Source of the DNA: a bacterium
Lineage (GTDB): Bacteria > Electryoneota > Electryoneia > Electryoneales > Electryoneaceae
Direction of reading: 5' to 3'
Assembly: GCA_963669175.1 (NCBI GenBank)
Contig: OY769902.1
Location: 3,936,001-4,000,000, forward strand
DNA length: 64,000 nucleotides
Every line of letters starts with the position of its first letter. The stretch's first letter is position 1. This document shows, piece after piece, positions 30,503 to 41,723 of this stretch. A program made the position numbers and the translations under genes. The notes beneath the pieces were generated by a model that was given only the letters and a program-made list of their open reading frames with translations, had not been told where the DNA came from and made no database searches.

Positions 30503-32039
30503 CCTTTTCCTCCTGTTTCCTGGCACGTTTTTCCCGCAACTCGCCAATCCCCAACGCGATCCAGAGTCCCAGCGCAGCGGCTGCAAACAGGTACTTGATC
30601 AGCCATCCGCCACCGACATACGCTGTCATCGCCGGTCCGGGCGCAATGGCGTAAACCGCACCTCGAGCTCCGATAGGTAATTCAGCCAGGAAATGCCCAC
30701 TGGGCGCAAAGATAGCCGAGATACCGGTGTTGGTTGCACGCACCATGGTCCGTCCTGTTTCAATACTCCGGAATCGTGCCAGTAAAACATGCTGACGTTG
30801 TTCGGACGTACCATGCAACCAGCCGTCATTGGTCTGGTTCACCAATATATCAGCGCCAAGCTTTACCGAACGATAGGACAGATGCGAAAAGATATCTTCA
30901 TAACAGATTAACGGGCTCACTTTGAAAGTTATTGAGTCATGCGGTACGTCCCATGTGGTCAGCCCCGGTCCCGGTTTAAACTCGGCTTGCCCCAGGTTCA
31001 GCTTGCCAAGTCCGGGATATATCCATTGGAAAGGAACTCGTTCGCCAAAAGGCACCAGATGGACCTTGGCATAATAGTCCATCACCCCTTTTCCACCCGG
31101 TTTGATTAAAAATGAGGCGTTGTAGGGAATCTTCACACCATCACGGTATTCCCGGTGTGACGCCCCCGTGGCAAGCGAGATATTCAGTGAATCGACCATA
31201 TCCTGCAAAACCGTGCGCCAGTACCTGCTGTTCTTTAAGCGAACCGGGGAAGCAGTCTCTGGCCAGACAACCAGATCCAACTGATTGTTTTCTGCCATGG
31301 ATTTGGTAAGCGACTGGTAAATATCCATGCTGTACTTGGCGCCCAGTTCCCATTTATCCTCGGGATCAATGTTTCCCTGCACCAGGCCGACAGTACCGAG
31401 TGGACGAGACAGCGTAGAACGTAACAAGGCGCTACTCCTGAGAGCGCCGCCGCCCCAGGTCAATACCAGTAACGCGATGATCACGAACCCGGTCCTACGT
31501 TTTTCGCGGCCTACCATAGCAATAGCGTTTACCGCTACAACCCATGCGGTAACCAGGTACGTCCCCCCCACCGAAGCGAGCTGAATAATCGGCAGGTACT
31601 CCGCCTGTGTCAGCGCCAGCAACGCCCAGGGGAAGGCCAGTTCACCGTACGCCCAGAACAACTCCTGCGCAGGGTATAGCAGAATAAGTGCAAAATGACC
31701 GGCATTTCCGAATCGATTAAGCGCGAGTTTGTATGGAATAGAAACGATACCAAACCAGATGCTGAGGATTGCAACAGTACCGATACCGGAGAGAATGCGT
31801 GCAGTCATATCGGCGCCGGTGTTCATGGCAACCCAGTACACAACGCCAAGATGATACACAAGCCCGAACAGCATGCCTAATTGAAACGCTTTTTTTACAG
31901 AATCAGCTCTCTCGATTGAGAACATGAAGGGGAGCAACCCTAACCAGGCCAGGAAGCCGAGAGGTATCGGTGGAGTGGCCAGCACGAGAAGAATGCCGGA
32001 AGCAATGGCTCCTGTCGCGCCTGAGAACCGTTTACGCAT
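30495..32039 (-). CDS. lnt: Apolipoprotein N-acyltransferase
   Basis: Motifs VQGNI, VVWPETA, KVHLVPFGE, ICYED, TNDGW, RATNTGIS. Confidence 0.96.
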   Translation of the reverse strand: MRKRFSGATGAIASGILLVLATPPIPLGFLAWLGLLPFMFSIERADSVKKAFQLGMLFGLVYHLGVVYWVAMNTGADMTARILSGIGTVAILSIWFGIVSIPYKLALNRFGNAGHFALILLYPAQELFWAYGELAFPWALLALTQAEYLPIIQLASVGGTYLVTAWVVAVNAIAMVGREKRRTGFVIIALLVLTWGGGALRSSALLRSTLSRPLGTVGLVQGNIDPEDKWELGAKYSMDIYQSLTKSMAENNQLDLVVWPETASPVRLKNSRYWRTVLQDMVDSLNISLATGASHREYRDGVKIPYNASFLIKPGGKGVMDYYAKVHLVPFGERVPFQWIYPGLGKLNLGQAEFKPGPGLTTWDVPHDSITFKVSPLICYEDIFSHLSYRSVKLGADILVNQTNDGWLHGTSEQRQHVLLARFRSIETGRTMVRATNTGISAIFAPSGHFLAELPIGARGAVYAIAPGPAMTAYVGGGWLIKYLFAAAALGLWIALGIGELREKRARKQEEKDA

Positions 32040-33078
32040 TATTCAGAAATACTTCGCGCCCGGTACGAACGCTCTGATACAACAGGTCAACGACCTGCAT
32101 CGTTTTGGCTGCGTCTTCGATGGTGGAAATGGAGGTTGTCTCACCACGAAGCGCGTAAACAAAATGCTTCAATTGAGCCTGGAAGGACGTATGATACAGT
32201 TCACCGGGGCTCATCGGTTTTACCGGCGCGACATTGACCAGCTCGCCATGCATGTGCTTCCAGATGGAGAGCGGATTCAATTGCGCGGACCCCTGGGTTC
32301 CTTCGATATAGCTGTAGGCGATGCTGCGTTCTGCCCGAAGCCCCCAACTGACATCGAGATGAATAGTCTGGCCATCTTCATATTCTATCACACCGTGAAG
32401 AGTATCTTCTACGTTACGTTTGAGCCCTTCCTGATGTGCAAATGCGACGACTCGGCGAATGTCCGGGTATTTGAACATCCAATGCAAAAGGTCAACGAAT
32501 TGAATGCCCAGATCCATCAGTACACCGCCGCCGGTGATATTGGGTTGATCCAGCCATGGGGATCGGTCCCAGGCGCTCGCCTGTTTCAACCATCCGGCTC
32601 GCACACGCCAGATTTTGCCCAGTTCGCCGCCGTTGATGAAATTCCTCACAACCTCGACATCCTGACGGAAGCGGAAATTCATGGCAACCTGCACCAGTTT
32701 CTGCGCCTTTTCAGCAGCAGCTTTCAGCCGAAGCACTTCTTCCAGGTTGCGGGTCGCAGGTTTTTCCAGGATCACATGCACATTGTTACGTAACGCTTCT
32801 AAACCAAGAGGCAGATGCGAGATGGTTGGCGTACAAATAAACACAACGTCAGGCTCAACGGACTTGATCAGGTTTGTGGAATCAAGAAATCCGGGAACGC
32901 CATACCGGTCCGCCAGTTTGCCCAGCTTATAGGGTTCTGTATCACACAGACCGACGAGCTCGATACCATTCGTTGAGGTGAGAAGCGGCAGGTGCAGCAC
33001 CTGGGCAGCGCTCCCCAATCCAATCATGCCGACACGTAATGGTCTGTCACCGGGAACAGGCTGAAAAGAAATGGCCAT
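32032..33078 (-). CDS. Gfo/Idh/MocA family oxidoreductase
   Basis: Motifs VGMIGLG, HVILEKP, GGGVLMDLGIQ. Confidence 0.9.
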   Translation of the reverse strand: MAISFQPVPGDRPLRVGMIGLGSAAQVLHLPLLTSTNGIELVGLCDTEPYKLGKLADRYGVPGFLDSTNLIKSVEPDVVFICTPTISHLPLGLEALRNNVHVILEKPATRNLEEVLRLKAAAEKAQKLVQVAMNFRFRQDVEVVRNFINGGELGKIWRVRAGWLKQASAWDRSPWLDQPNITGGGVLMDLGIQFVDLLHWMFKYPDIRRVVAFAHQEGLKRNVEDTLHGVIEYEDGQTIHLDVSWGLRAERSIAYSYIEGTQGSAQLNPLSIWKHMHGELVNVAPVKPMSPGELYHTSFQAQLKHFVYALRGETTSISTIEDAAKTMQVVDLLYQSVRTGREVFLNNA

Positions 33079-33179
33079 CGTTGCACCTGTAGTTATGCAC
33101 GAACGGCCCCGAAACAATTCAGGGCCGAGTATTGGCAAATACCTTGCAAATCGTCTGCTACTATCGGACAGAAGCCCTG

Positions 33180-33593
33180 CTACTTCTTTTTACTATCCAG
33201 GTACTCCTGTAGAAATAAGGCTGCAGCCGCCCTGTCTACCAGCCCTTTGTTCCTGGAAGGTTTACGATTCAGTTGCTGAAGTTTGGTGGTAGCATCCACA
33301 CTCGAATACCGTTCATCCACCATTTCCACAGGCAGACCAAACCGTCCAACATCCAGCGCGAACTCCTTTGCATGCAAAGCGCTTGGTCCCAGATCTCCAT
33401 TCAAGTTGAACGGCAGACCAATAACAATGCGCTCGACCTCTTCATCTTCGATGATCTTCTGCAAATCTACCCACAACCGCTCACGTGGTTGCGCTGCGAG
33501 AGTAGAGTGCGGAGTCGCTAATGTGCCTGTCAGATCCGAAAGCGCAATACCGATACGCTTTCGTCCCCAGTCGAGTGCCATGGTTCTGCCCAT
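33180..33593 (-). CDS. ruvX: YqgF/RuvX family pre-16S rRNA nuclease
   Basis: Motifs ALDWGRKRIGIALSD, IGLP, VDERYSS, DRAAAALFLQEYLD. Confidence 0.93.
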   Translation of the reverse strand: MGRTMALDWGRKRIGIALSDLTGTLATPHSTLAAQPRERLWVDLQKIIEDEEVERIVIGLPFNLNGDLGPSALHAKEFALDVGRFGLPVEMVDERYSSVDATTKLQQLNRKPSRNKGLVDRAAAALFLQEYLDSKKK

Positions 33594-33621
33594 GGACCCC
33601 CCGGTTTCGCGGATGAATACC

Positions 33622-33930
33622 CTATTCGTCCAGCGGCAATTTCAGTGCTTCTTTCAGCAACTTGCCTGGCTTGAAATGGGTCTTGCGACGCGCCGGAACA
33701 TAGATGATTTCGTTGGTCTTGGGATTGCGTGCTTTCGGTTTCGGCTTTGTCTTCTTTACTTCAAAGACACCGAAGTCACGAATTTCAATACGCAACTCAA
33801 CATCATCGCCCGCCATAATTTCGCGTAAGCTGTTAAAAATTTCGTTCGTTACACGAGCGACAATTTCGGGCTTCTCACCGGTTTTTTCGGTGACCTTTTC
33901 GACCACGTCCTTCTTGATGTAGGTCTTCAT
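33622..33930 (-). CDS. HU/IHF family DNA-binding protein
   Basis: IEIRDFGVFEV...ARNPKTNE...HFKPGK. Confidence 0.93.
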   Translation of the reverse strand: MKTYIKKDVVEKVTEKTGEKPEIVARVTNEIFNSLREIMAGDDVELRIEIRDFGVFEVKKTKPKPKARNPKTNEIIYVPARRKTHFKPGKLLKEALKLPLDE

Positions 33931-34000
33931 GAATCGAGCCTCCGGACCTCACGTTAAGTAACAGATAAAAGGCGACTACGAAAACGCATTATACAATATT

Positions 34001-36232
34001 TCATGCCACATCGGCAACGTGTACACGCTCCACTTGGACAACATTCTTAATCTTGCTGAGCCGAGTGACAACTTTCTGAACATGAGACTGACTGCGTACT
34101 TCGAGAATCATGGTGCCAATTACCAGCGCGCCTTCAACACGCAAGTGCGCTTCAATTATATTTAGGTGTTGTTTGGACAGAATAGTTGTGATGTCGCGCA
34201 ACAAATTGGGCCTGTCCTCCGCAAAAACCCTCAACCTGGTATGGAAGAACGAACCTTCCTCCACATCCCAGTCCACCTCCAACAGACCATCCTGGTTGGC
34301 TGAAAGATCGGCTATCCTGGGACATTCCGCCCTGTGGACCATGACACCACGATTCTTTGTGGTATGCCCCACGATTTTATCACCAGGTAACGGATTACAG
34401 CAGTTGGCAAACGTATATAGATAGTGCTCGCCCCCCTTCACTCGAACATTGGTGATAACACCATCTGAACCATTTGATTTGTCTTTTTTGCGGATTTTCG
34501 GCTTCTCTTCCGCTTTCTGAACCTTGCCACCCAGCTTTGAGATTATGCGTGCTGTGCTGATTTCACCGGTTCCTATCGCAGCAAAAAGAGCCTCGGTATT
34601 ATCAAAACTGAGTGAAGAATACAGTTCCGCAAGATCTTCCCGTTTGATAGTCAAATGCTGTTCTGACAGACTGCGTTCGAACAGATCCTGGCCTGTTCGT
34701 ACCGACTCTTCAAACTGTGTCTGTTTGATAAATCGTTTGATCTGAGTCCGTGCACGTGTTGTCCTGATAAAACTCAGCCATTCTACATTGGGTGTTGCGG
34801 TAGAACTGGTTAGAACTTCCACTGTGTCGCCATTATTCAGCTTTTCTGTCAGGGACACCATTCTACCGTTTACTTTTGCGCCTAAAGCATGCAAACCGAT
34901 GTCCGTGTGTACGGCGAATGCAAAATCGATCGGTCCCGATTCCTTGGGAAGCTGGATCAGTTTACCGCGAGGAGTAAAGACATAAATTTCATCAGTGAAG
35001 AGGTTAATCTTCAGGTTATTCATGAATTCTTCAGAATCAGACTCTTCCTTCGATCCTTCGATCAATTGCCTGATCCATTTATAATAATTGGACAGGTTAT
35101 CATGGCGCTGGGCCGCGCGCGTCTCCTGTCCTGGTTTTGCCTCTTTATAATGCCAGTGCGCAGCAATACCTACTTCTGCAACCAGGTTCATCTCATGGGT
35201 ACGGATCTGTACTTCCACCGTATACCCCTGCGGCGTGATTACCTTGGTATGCAGCGACTGGTAGCCATTCCCCTTGGGCATGGCGATATAATCTGAGAAC
35301 CTCTCGATAATCGGGGTAAACATGCTGTGGACAATGCCAAGGGTCTGGTAGCATTGCGGAATCGTATCAACTGTAATTCGAACAGCCAGGAGATCCAGGA
35401 TTTCTTCGAAGCTTTTCCCACGACGGCGGATTTTATTGTAAATACTATAAAAATGTTTGGCTCTACCGTAGACTTCAGCCTGAATACCGTCAGCCTTCAG
35501 ACGTTCTTTTGAAGGTTCAACTACCGCCTCAAGCGCCTTTTCCCGTTCTTCCAGCTTCATCGCGACACGTTCCGCAATACGGCGATAAGCAACCGGGTCC
35601 AACACTTTCAGCGCATGATCTTCCAGCTCCCAGCGGATGCGTCCGATACCGAAACGGTGCGCCAAGGGCGCATAAATATCAAGGGTTTCCTGTGCGATTC
35701 GCTTCTGGGATCGTGCAGGCATGACATCGATAGTACGCATGTTATGCAACCGGTCAGCCAGCTTGATCAGGATAACGCGCAGGTCATGCGCCATGGAAAG
35801 CAGCATCTTGCGGAAGTATTCCGCCTGACGCTCTTCATTACTTCGAGTATCATAACGCAGAGATGATAGTTTGGTCATTCCCTCTACCAGCAGGGCGACC
35901 ACAGGACCGAACTCCCGTGCAACCTCTTCCAGGGAAATCCCGGTATCTTCAATAACATCGTGCAGTAATGCGCCGGTAAGTGTTACCGTATCAACATTCA
36001 GTTCCGCCAGTATTCCCATCACTTCCAGCGGATGTGTGATATAGGGATCACCGCTTAACCGGGTTTGGGCATGATGGGCGCGACAGGCAAAAGTAAACGC
36101 ACGTGTCAGACCGCCGATCTGCTTTTCGGTCAACGGGTCTTTTCTCGATTGAAGAATCTCATCGAACCGTTCCTGCAATTCCGGTTCGATCTCGAGTACA
36201 TCAACTTCTTGTCCCTGGCCGGTGCTTGTCAT
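34001..36232 (-). CDS. spoT: Bifunctional (p)ppGpp synthetase/hydrolase, RelA/SpoT
   Basis: HD domain (LLHDVIED, KLADRLHNMRT), synthetase (YQSLHT, EVQIRT), TGS, CC and ACT regions. The start overlaps the dnaB stop. Confidence 0.93.
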   Translation of the reverse strand: MTSTGQGQEVDVLEIEPELQERFDEILQSRKDPLTEKQIGGLTRAFTFACRAHHAQTRLSGDPYITHPLEVMGILAELNVDTVTLTGALLHDVIEDTGISLEEVAREFGPVVALLVEGMTKLSSLRYDTRSNEERQAEYFRKMLLSMAHDLRVILIKLADRLHNMRTIDVMPARSQKRIAQETLDIYAPLAHRFGIGRIRWELEDHALKVLDPVAYRRIAERVAMKLEEREKALEAVVEPSKERLKADGIQAEVYGRAKHFYSIYNKIRRRGKSFEEILDLLAVRITVDTIPQCYQTLGIVHSMFTPIIERFSDYIAMPKGNGYQSLHTKVITPQGYTVEVQIRTHEMNLVAEVGIAAHWHYKEAKPGQETRAAQRHDNLSNYYKWIRQLIEGSKEESDSEEFMNNLKINLFTDEIYVFTPRGKLIQLPKESGPIDFAFAVHTDIGLHALGAKVNGRMVSLTEKLNNGDTVEVLTSSTATPNVEWLSFIRTTRARTQIKRFIKQTQFEESVRTGQDLFERSLSEQHLTIKREDLAELYSSLSFDNTEALFAAIGTGEISTARIISKLGGKVQKAEEKPKIRKKDKSNGSDGVITNVRVKGGEHYLYTFANCCNPLPGDKIVGHTTKNRGVMVHRAECPRIADLSANQDGLLEVDWDVEEGSFFHTRLRVFAEDRPNLLRDITTILSKQHLNIIEAHLRVEGALVIGTMILEVRSQSHVQKVVTRLSKIKNVVQVERVHVADVA

Positions 36233-37650
36233 CAGAACGGTGCCGCCTCCGGTTCCTGCAATTGACGTTCCTTCTCGTGGAACAAGGTGCACTGATCCAG
36301 GAACACCAGTTCCACTGACCCGGTTGGGCCATTACGTTGTTTACCGATAATGACTTCTGCTGTGTTATCGGGTATGTAATCATCCTGACGGGTTTTCCCT
36401 TCAAGACGGTCATAATATGATTGACGATACACAAACATGACAACATCCGCGTCCTGTTCGATTGCACCACTGTCACGCAAATCGGACAGGATCGGTTTCT
36501 TGCTGCCTCCCCGGGTCTCTACAGCTCGGCTCAACTGGCTGAGTGCGATAACCGGAAGCTCAAGGTCTTTTGCCAATCCCTTTAACTGGCGACTGACTGA
36601 CGCAATAAACTGCTGCTGGCTTTCTGCACGATCCGTAGGCTGCATCAACTGCAAGTAGTCAAGAACCAGCATACCTACGTTATGCTGCATTTTCAAGCGA
36701 CGCGCCCGGGCACGTACATCCACAATGCTCTGTGCTGACGATTCATCAATAAAAATCGGATATTCAGACAAACGGGAACAGGCATGCGAAATCTGCCCGA
36801 CCTCTTCCTGCGACACCTTCCCATTACGAATCTTGCCCAACGCCATTTTCGTTTCGAAGGCGATCAAACGCATGGCAATCTGCTTGGCGTTCATTTCCAG
36901 GGAGATAATCCCGACCGGAACCTTGTGCAACCGGGCCGCATTCCAAGCAAAACTCAACGCCAGCGCTGTTTTTCCCATCGATGGACGTGCAGCAAGAATC
37001 ACAAGATCCGAAGGCTGAAAACCGCCGGTCATGCCGTCCAGTTCACGATATCCGGACCCCACACCGGTAAGCGCACCCTTACGCTTGCTGAGCGCTTCGA
37101 TATCGGTAAGAGTGTCCTTCATTACTGAATACAACTCTTTGTATCCAGCACGTTCATTGGACTGCTGCAGCTTGAACAATTGCTCAAGGCTGGTCTCAAT
37201 CAGGTTGGCCGGTTCAGTTGACGGCTCCAGCGATTTCGAGCCGATCTCCTCGCCAACATCACGTAATGTACGAAGTAAATACTTGTCCTGTATGATCTTT
37301 GCATAGTATTCGATGTTGCTGGGGAATGGGACGGCGCCGGTCAATTCAGACAAATAATAATAGCCGCCAATCTGTTCCAGCTTCTCTTCCGACTTCAGCG
37401 CCTTGGCAACAGTAACAGCGTCAATCGGTTCGTTATCATTGAACAGTTTGAGCATGGCCTTGAAAATTTCACCATGCTTTTTCCAGTAAAAGGACTCCGC
37501 ACGAACAAACTGCCATACCTTCGCAAGCGCGTTGGTATCCAGCATAACCGCGCCCAGAACTGCCTGTTCAGCCTGTAAATCACTGGGCGGAATCCGCCCG
37601 CCAGCATCTGAGTCTCTCGTGGCCGCTTGCTTTTCTGCAGTTTCGTTCAT
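36232..37650 (-). CDS. dnaB: Replicative DNA helicase
   Basis: Motifs AEQAVLG, AARPSMGKT, DYLQLM, LSQLSR, DLRDSGAIEQDAD, KQRNGPTG. Confidence 0.97.
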   Translation of the reverse strand: MNETAEKQAATRDSDAGGRIPPSDLQAEQAVLGAVMLDTNALAKVWQFVRAESFYWKKHGEIFKAMLKLFNDNEPIDAVTVAKALKSEEKLEQIGGYYYLSELTGAVPFPSNIEYYAKIIQDKYLLRTLRDVGEEIGSKSLEPSTEPANLIETSLEQLFKLQQSNERAGYKELYSVMKDTLTDIEALSKRKGALTGVGSGYRELDGMTGGFQPSDLVILAARPSMGKTALALSFAWNAARLHKVPVGIISLEMNAKQIAMRLIAFETKMALGKIRNGKVSQEEVGQISHACSRLSEYPIFIDESSAQSIVDVRARARRLKMQHNVGMLVLDYLQLMQPTDRAESQQQFIASVSRQLKGLAKDLELPVIALSQLSRAVETRGGSKKPILSDLRDSGAIEQDADVVMFVYRQSYYDRLEGKTRQDDYIPDNTAEVIIGKQRNGPTGSVELVFLDQCTLFHEKERQLQEPEAAPF

Positions 37651-37747
37651 GCTACCTGTTCTTGAAGAAGCCCTACGTGAATATACTCACTCCAACTTCG
37701 AAAAACCTTACCTCGCTATCATCCATTCCCTTAGATGAGCTATGTAT

Positions 37748-38599
37748 CTAACTGAGGTCATCAAGGTATTTTTTCACAGCCTGTACATCTTCCCAGGTCG
37801 GGTGTTTCCATTTGGGATTTCGCAATAATGCGGCCGGGTGATAAGTTACCATTAGCCCGACACCGTGATAGTCATGCACCTTCCCGCGCAAGGAAGTTAA
37901 AGATTCGGAAGTTCGTAAAAGTGTCTGTGCGGAAATACGCCCCAACGCAAGGATAAGCTTGGGCTGGAGTAACTGCAATTGTTTTACCAGGTGCGGCTCA
38001 CATTGTTCTACTTCTGATGGCTGTGGATCACGATTATTCGGTGGACGGCATTTCAGGATATTGCAGATAAAGACATCTTCGCCACGTTTCAGATCAATCG
38101 CTGCAAGGATTTTATCCAGCAGTTGCCCGGCTCGGCCGACAAACGGTTCACCTTTTTTATCCTCTTCCGCCCCCGGCGCTTCACCAACAAGCACCAATCG
38201 TGCTTTCGGATCGCCGGCTCCAAAAACAAACTCGTTTCTGGTTTTTCCAAGCGGACACTTTTCACATCTATGAATAGCGTTTCGGAAAGAATCAAGGTCA
38301 GTGTATGCCGGGAATGGATCTTCGATTTCGCCGGGCACAGGTACTACCGGTTCCGGTTCAGGCGCTCCGCGTGACCAATCCTGGGACGCTTGCATCGGGC
38401 TTTGCTCCCTGTTAGAAGCCATTGTTTCGGGTTGTAGTGGAACCTTATCGACAGCATTCATTGGTTCTGCAGGCGCTTCTGCTTCAGGTTCCGGCTGCGG
38501 GGCTGTCTCCACAAGGTTCCCGGGTGGCGCTACCCATAACCGTGAACGATGCTGCGCCTGTTGCGCAAGAAAACGCTTTGCGTCGTTTTCGATACTCAT
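37748..38599 (-). CDS. Uracil-DNA glycosylase, family 4
   Basis: Motifs [34 protein letters not shown]; Pro/Glu-rich N-terminal extension. Confidence 0.92.
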   Translation of the reverse strand: MSIENDAKRFLAQQAQHRSRLWVAPPGNLVETAPQPEPEAEAPAEPMNAVDKVPLQPETMASNREQSPMQASQDWSRGAPEPEPVVPVPGEIEDPFPAYTDLDSFRNAIHRCEKCPLGKTRNEFVFGAGDPKARLVLVGEAPGAEEDKKGEPFVGRAGQLLDKILAAIDLKRGEDVFICNILKCRPPNNRDPQPSEVEQCEPHLVKQLQLLQPKLILALGRISAQTLLRTSESLTSLRGKVHDYHGVGLMVTYHPAALLRNPKWKHPTWEDVQAVKKYLDDLS

Positions 38600-38614
38600 C
38601 CCCTGCCCGTACCT

Positions 38615-39829
38615 TTATCTGTTCCAGCCCACGACCTGTTGAAACACCCATTTCGCCAGCGCTGATTTTGGCTGTCGTCCACTGGGCGCCGCATTGTCTT
38701 TTGTAATCCAGTAAAATTCAGAGTCCTGGCTGCCCATGGCATCCAGTGTATTCAGCAGGATTGCATCTACTCCCTTGTCCTGCAGCTTTTTATTGGCTTT
38801 TTCCTGATCGAAGGATTCCTGCAATGCGAATGCGACTTTCAGCCCTTTGCACAATGGGGCGGTTGTAGCTGCAACATCAGGATTCTCTTCAAGGATGATC
38901 GAAGGCGGTTGCCCCTTTTTCCGTTCAGCCTTGCCATCAGCCAACGGTACAGGACGCCAGTCAGACACTGCGGCAGCGTAAAGCACAACGTCCGCTTCCG
39001 AAACAACTTTCCGGCAGGCATCAAGCAGTTGCAACGCTGTCTGAATCTTCACGGTATCCACACCGTGAGGAATGCCTACGTCCACTGCGCCATGGACCAG
39101 CGTAACACGCGCACCCAGCCTGACAGCTTCTTCTGCCAGCGCAACGCCCATCCGGCCGCTGCTTCGGTTGGTTAAAAACCGTACTGCGTCAATCGGCTCT
39201 TCTGTCCGTCCAGCTGTAATAACAACATGTTTGCCGGATAAAGGTCTATCCTTTGGTTCATTCAATCTGACGAGCTGATCCACGATAAACTCAGGTTCGC
39301 TCATCCGTCCCACACCCGGCTTTTCATCCGGTGCAGCCATCGCGCCGGATTCCGGTCCGATGAAGTTTATTCCACGATTCTTCAGGATATCCAGGTTGGC
39401 TTGCGTTGCAGCGTTCAAGTACATGCTGCTGTTCATGGCAGGCGCAACAGTTACCGGGCATGTGGCAGCGATAAGCGCAGTCGTAGCCAGGTCATCGGCA
39501 ATACCATGCGCCATTTTGGCCAACAGGTCAGCCGTGGCGGGCGCCACCAGGATATGATCAGCCCAATGCGGGTATTCAAGATGATCTACATCAGGCAAAC
39601 CCGCATCGGAAAACATCTCCAAGCCCACTCTCTGACCTGAAATAGCGGCAAAAGTTGTGGGATGGACAAAAAAAGTGCCCGCATGGGTCATGATGACACG
39701 GACACTTGCACCGTGTTTCATGATCCGACGGACAACATCAACAACTTTATAAGCGGCGATTCCACCACCGACGATTACCAGGATGCGTCTACCGTCCAGT
39801 CTTCTTGACTTTACGGCAGAATCATTCAT
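38615..39829 (-). CDS. coaBC: Phosphopantothenoylcysteine decarboxylase/ligase
   Basis: Motifs GGIAAYK, APATAD, APAMN, ITAGRTEEPIDAVRFLTNRSSGRMG. Confidence 0.95.
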   Translation of the reverse strand: MNDSAVKSRRLDGRRILVIVGGGIAAYKVVDVVRRIMKHGASVRVIMTHAGTFFVHPTTFAAISGQRVGLEMFSDAGLPDVDHLEYPHWADHILVAPATADLLAKMAHGIADDLATTALIAATCPVTVAPAMNSSMYLNAATQANLDILKNRGINFIGPESGAMAAPDEKPGVGRMSEPEFIVDQLVRLNEPKDRPLSGKHVVITAGRTEEPIDAVRFLTNRSSGRMGVALAEEAVRLGARVTLVHGAVDVGIPHGVDTVKIQTALQLLDACRKVVSEADVVLYAAAVSDWRPVPLADGKAERKKGQPPSIILEENPDVAATTAPLCKGLKVAFALQESFDQEKANKKLQDKGVDAILLNTLDAMGSQDSEFYWITKDNAAPSGRQPKSALAKWVFQQVVGWNR

Positions 39830-40229
39830 CCTCAGCTTGGTCCGGTTCGTCCTTTGTGATCTCTTCCAGCATGGACAGGTCTAGCCGTGGCGGGAAAGGA
39901 ATACCGAAATCGTTATCTTCCTTTTCCTCTGGCTTTTCTTCCGGTCTGATCACGGTAAGTTTTTCTGCCAGCATTTCACGAAGTGCGAGAACTGTCGGTT
40001 TTTCGAACTGAAGGACGGGCTCGTGCAGGACCGGGTTATCCTCGATCATCCCGGCGTCTTCACCTTCCTCAAACTTCTCCATCATCTCGACAGAGCTGAG
40101 GTAATTGTCCATCTCCTTGCGATGGGCTTCGCCGATTTGGCGCGCACGCTTCGCGATAACCATAATCGCCTGGTAGATATTCTGTGTGTCATGAATAAAA
40201 TCTTCAGCGAGAAACATTTCGTGACTCAC
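39822..40229 (-). CDS. rpoZ: RNA polymerase omega subunit with acidic C-terminal tail
   Basis: NIYQAIMVIAKRARQI...KPTVLALRE; gmk-rpoZ-coaBC gene order. Confidence 0.85.
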   Translation of the reverse strand: MSHEMFLAEDFIHDTQNIYQAIMVIAKRARQIGEAHRKEMDNYLSSVEMMEKFEEGEDAGMIEDNPVLHEPVLQFEKPTVLALREMLAEKLTVIRPEEKPEEKEDNDFGIPFPPRLDLSMLEEITKDEPDQAEDE

Positions 40230-40822
40230 CCTGCACCTCCTTCGTTCAAGTAAGCGTCGACGATAGACACTACTTCCGCCGCCGCCCTATCCAGATCGTC
40301 ATTCATGACGATCCGATCAAAACGATCCGCTTTGGACCGTTCAAACGCGTATCGTTGCATACGTTTCTCGAGCTCTTCGTCCGATTCACGCTTGCGAGTG
40401 GTTAAACGTCTTCGAAGCTCCTCTACCGAGGGGACATCGATATATAACAGCAACGACTGCGGGTACAGCCGCTTCAGCGACAATGCCCCCAGCACATCTA
40501 CATCAAACAGGACTACGTAACCTTCATCCAACAATTGGTTTATACGTGATTTCCGTGTCCCATACCGCCAGCCATGCACATCTTCATGTTCAACAAAATC
40601 ATTCAGCTCGATCTGGCGTTCAAATTCTTCCGGCGATAGAAAATCATAGTCAACACCGTCAACTTCGCCCTGACGTTGGGGGCGAGTTGTTGAGGATACG
40701 GAAAACCGAAGCCGCTCCCCGAAATGATCCAGAACACGATGCGCAATCGTAGTCTTCCCTGCCCCGGAAGGCGCAGCAAAAACGATCAATTTATAGGTTT
40801 TTCCTGTGTCCTTTGTGGACAT
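40226..40822 (-). CDS. gmk: Guanylate kinase
   Basis: Motifs APSGAGKTT, SSTTRPQRQGEVDGVDY, YGT. Confidence 0.96.
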   Translation of the reverse strand: MSTKDTGKTYKLIVFAAPSGAGKTTIAHRVLDHFGERLRFSVSSTTRPQRQGEVDGVDYDFLSPEEFERQIELNDFVEHEDVHGWRYGTRKSRINQLLDEGYVVLFDVDVLGALSLKRLYPQSLLLYIDVPSVEELRRRLTTRKRESDEELEKRMQRYAFERSKADRFDRIVMNDDLDRAAAEVVSIVDAYLNEGGAG

Positions 40823-40844
40823 AGTTTACAATCCAATGTTCAAA

Positions 40845-41723
40845 TCAGGCGATGTTCTGAACCTGCTCGCGCATCTTTTCCAGTTCTTCTTTACAGTCTA
40901 CGACCCAAGTGGAAATTTCCGGATCAGCGGCTTTTGATCCCATTGTATTGATTTCACGGTTCATCTCCTGGAGCAGGAAATTCAACCGTTTTCCCACCGC
41001 AGCGCCATTGGACAAAGCCTCGGTGAACTGTTTCACATGACTGCGCATCCGAACCACTTCTTCTGTGATATCAATACGGTCAATCATGAAAACTACTTCC
41101 TGCTCCAACCGGGCCGGATCTATCTGTTCCGAAGGAATGTAACGGTCAATCCGCTCCTTCAGACGCTCCAGCAACGCAGTACGATTCTCGGCTGCACGTG
41201 TTTCAATTGAATCAACACGCTGGGAGATGGCTTCCAGGCGCTCATTGATATCTTTCGCCAGGTGCTCACCTTCCACACGAGCTGTGGTCAGGAATTCGTC
41301 CAACGCCAGCTTCAGCCCTTTTAACGCAAGCTTCTGCCTGCGATCATTGAGCTCTTCATTCTCGGCAGGCGCCATCTGGTCGAGGAGTGAAAGCAGATCC
41401 GAAAGCTTCAAATCATCTTCCAGACCTGACGTTTCTCCCAGTTTCCTGATACTGCCAACAAACTCGTGCAACGCCGCTTCATCAATACGATAAAATGCGT
41501 TGCTGCCGATCTCACGTGGTTCATTGATATGAACCAGCACTTTGCCCCGGTCAATCTTTGACTTGACCAGGTTGCGAAGATCGTTCTCTATGGCGTTTAA
41601 TGTCCGGGGCGTACGAATATTGATCTCGAGAAAACGGCTGTTCACCGAGCGTACTTCCACGCTAAGTTTCAGCGGATCGTCCTCGACTTCCGCACGTCCA
41701 AAACCAGTCTGACTTGCAATCAT
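40845..41723 (-). CDS. yicC: YicC/YloC family endoribonuclease
   Basis: MIASQTGFGR, VRSVNSRFLE, DITEEVVR, GKRLNFLLQEMNREINTMGSK. Confidence 0.93.
   Translation of the reverse strand: MIASQTGFGRAEVEDDPLKLSVEVRSVNSRFLEINIRTPRTLNAIENDLRNLVKSKIDRGKVLVHINEPREIGSNAFYRIDEAALHEFVGSIRKLGETSGLEDDLKLSDLLSLLDQMAPAENEELNDRRQKLALKGLKLALDEFLTTARVEGEHLAKDINERLEAISQRVDSIETRAAENRTALLERLKERIDRYIPSEQIDPARLEQEVVFMIDRIDITEEVVRMRSHVKQFTEALSNGAAVGKRLNFLLQEMNREINTMGSKAADPEISTWVVDCKEELEKMREQVQNIA

Noticed and set aside
36232-37650. Intein in DnaB
   Set aside because: Normal length (472 aa) with contiguous motifs.
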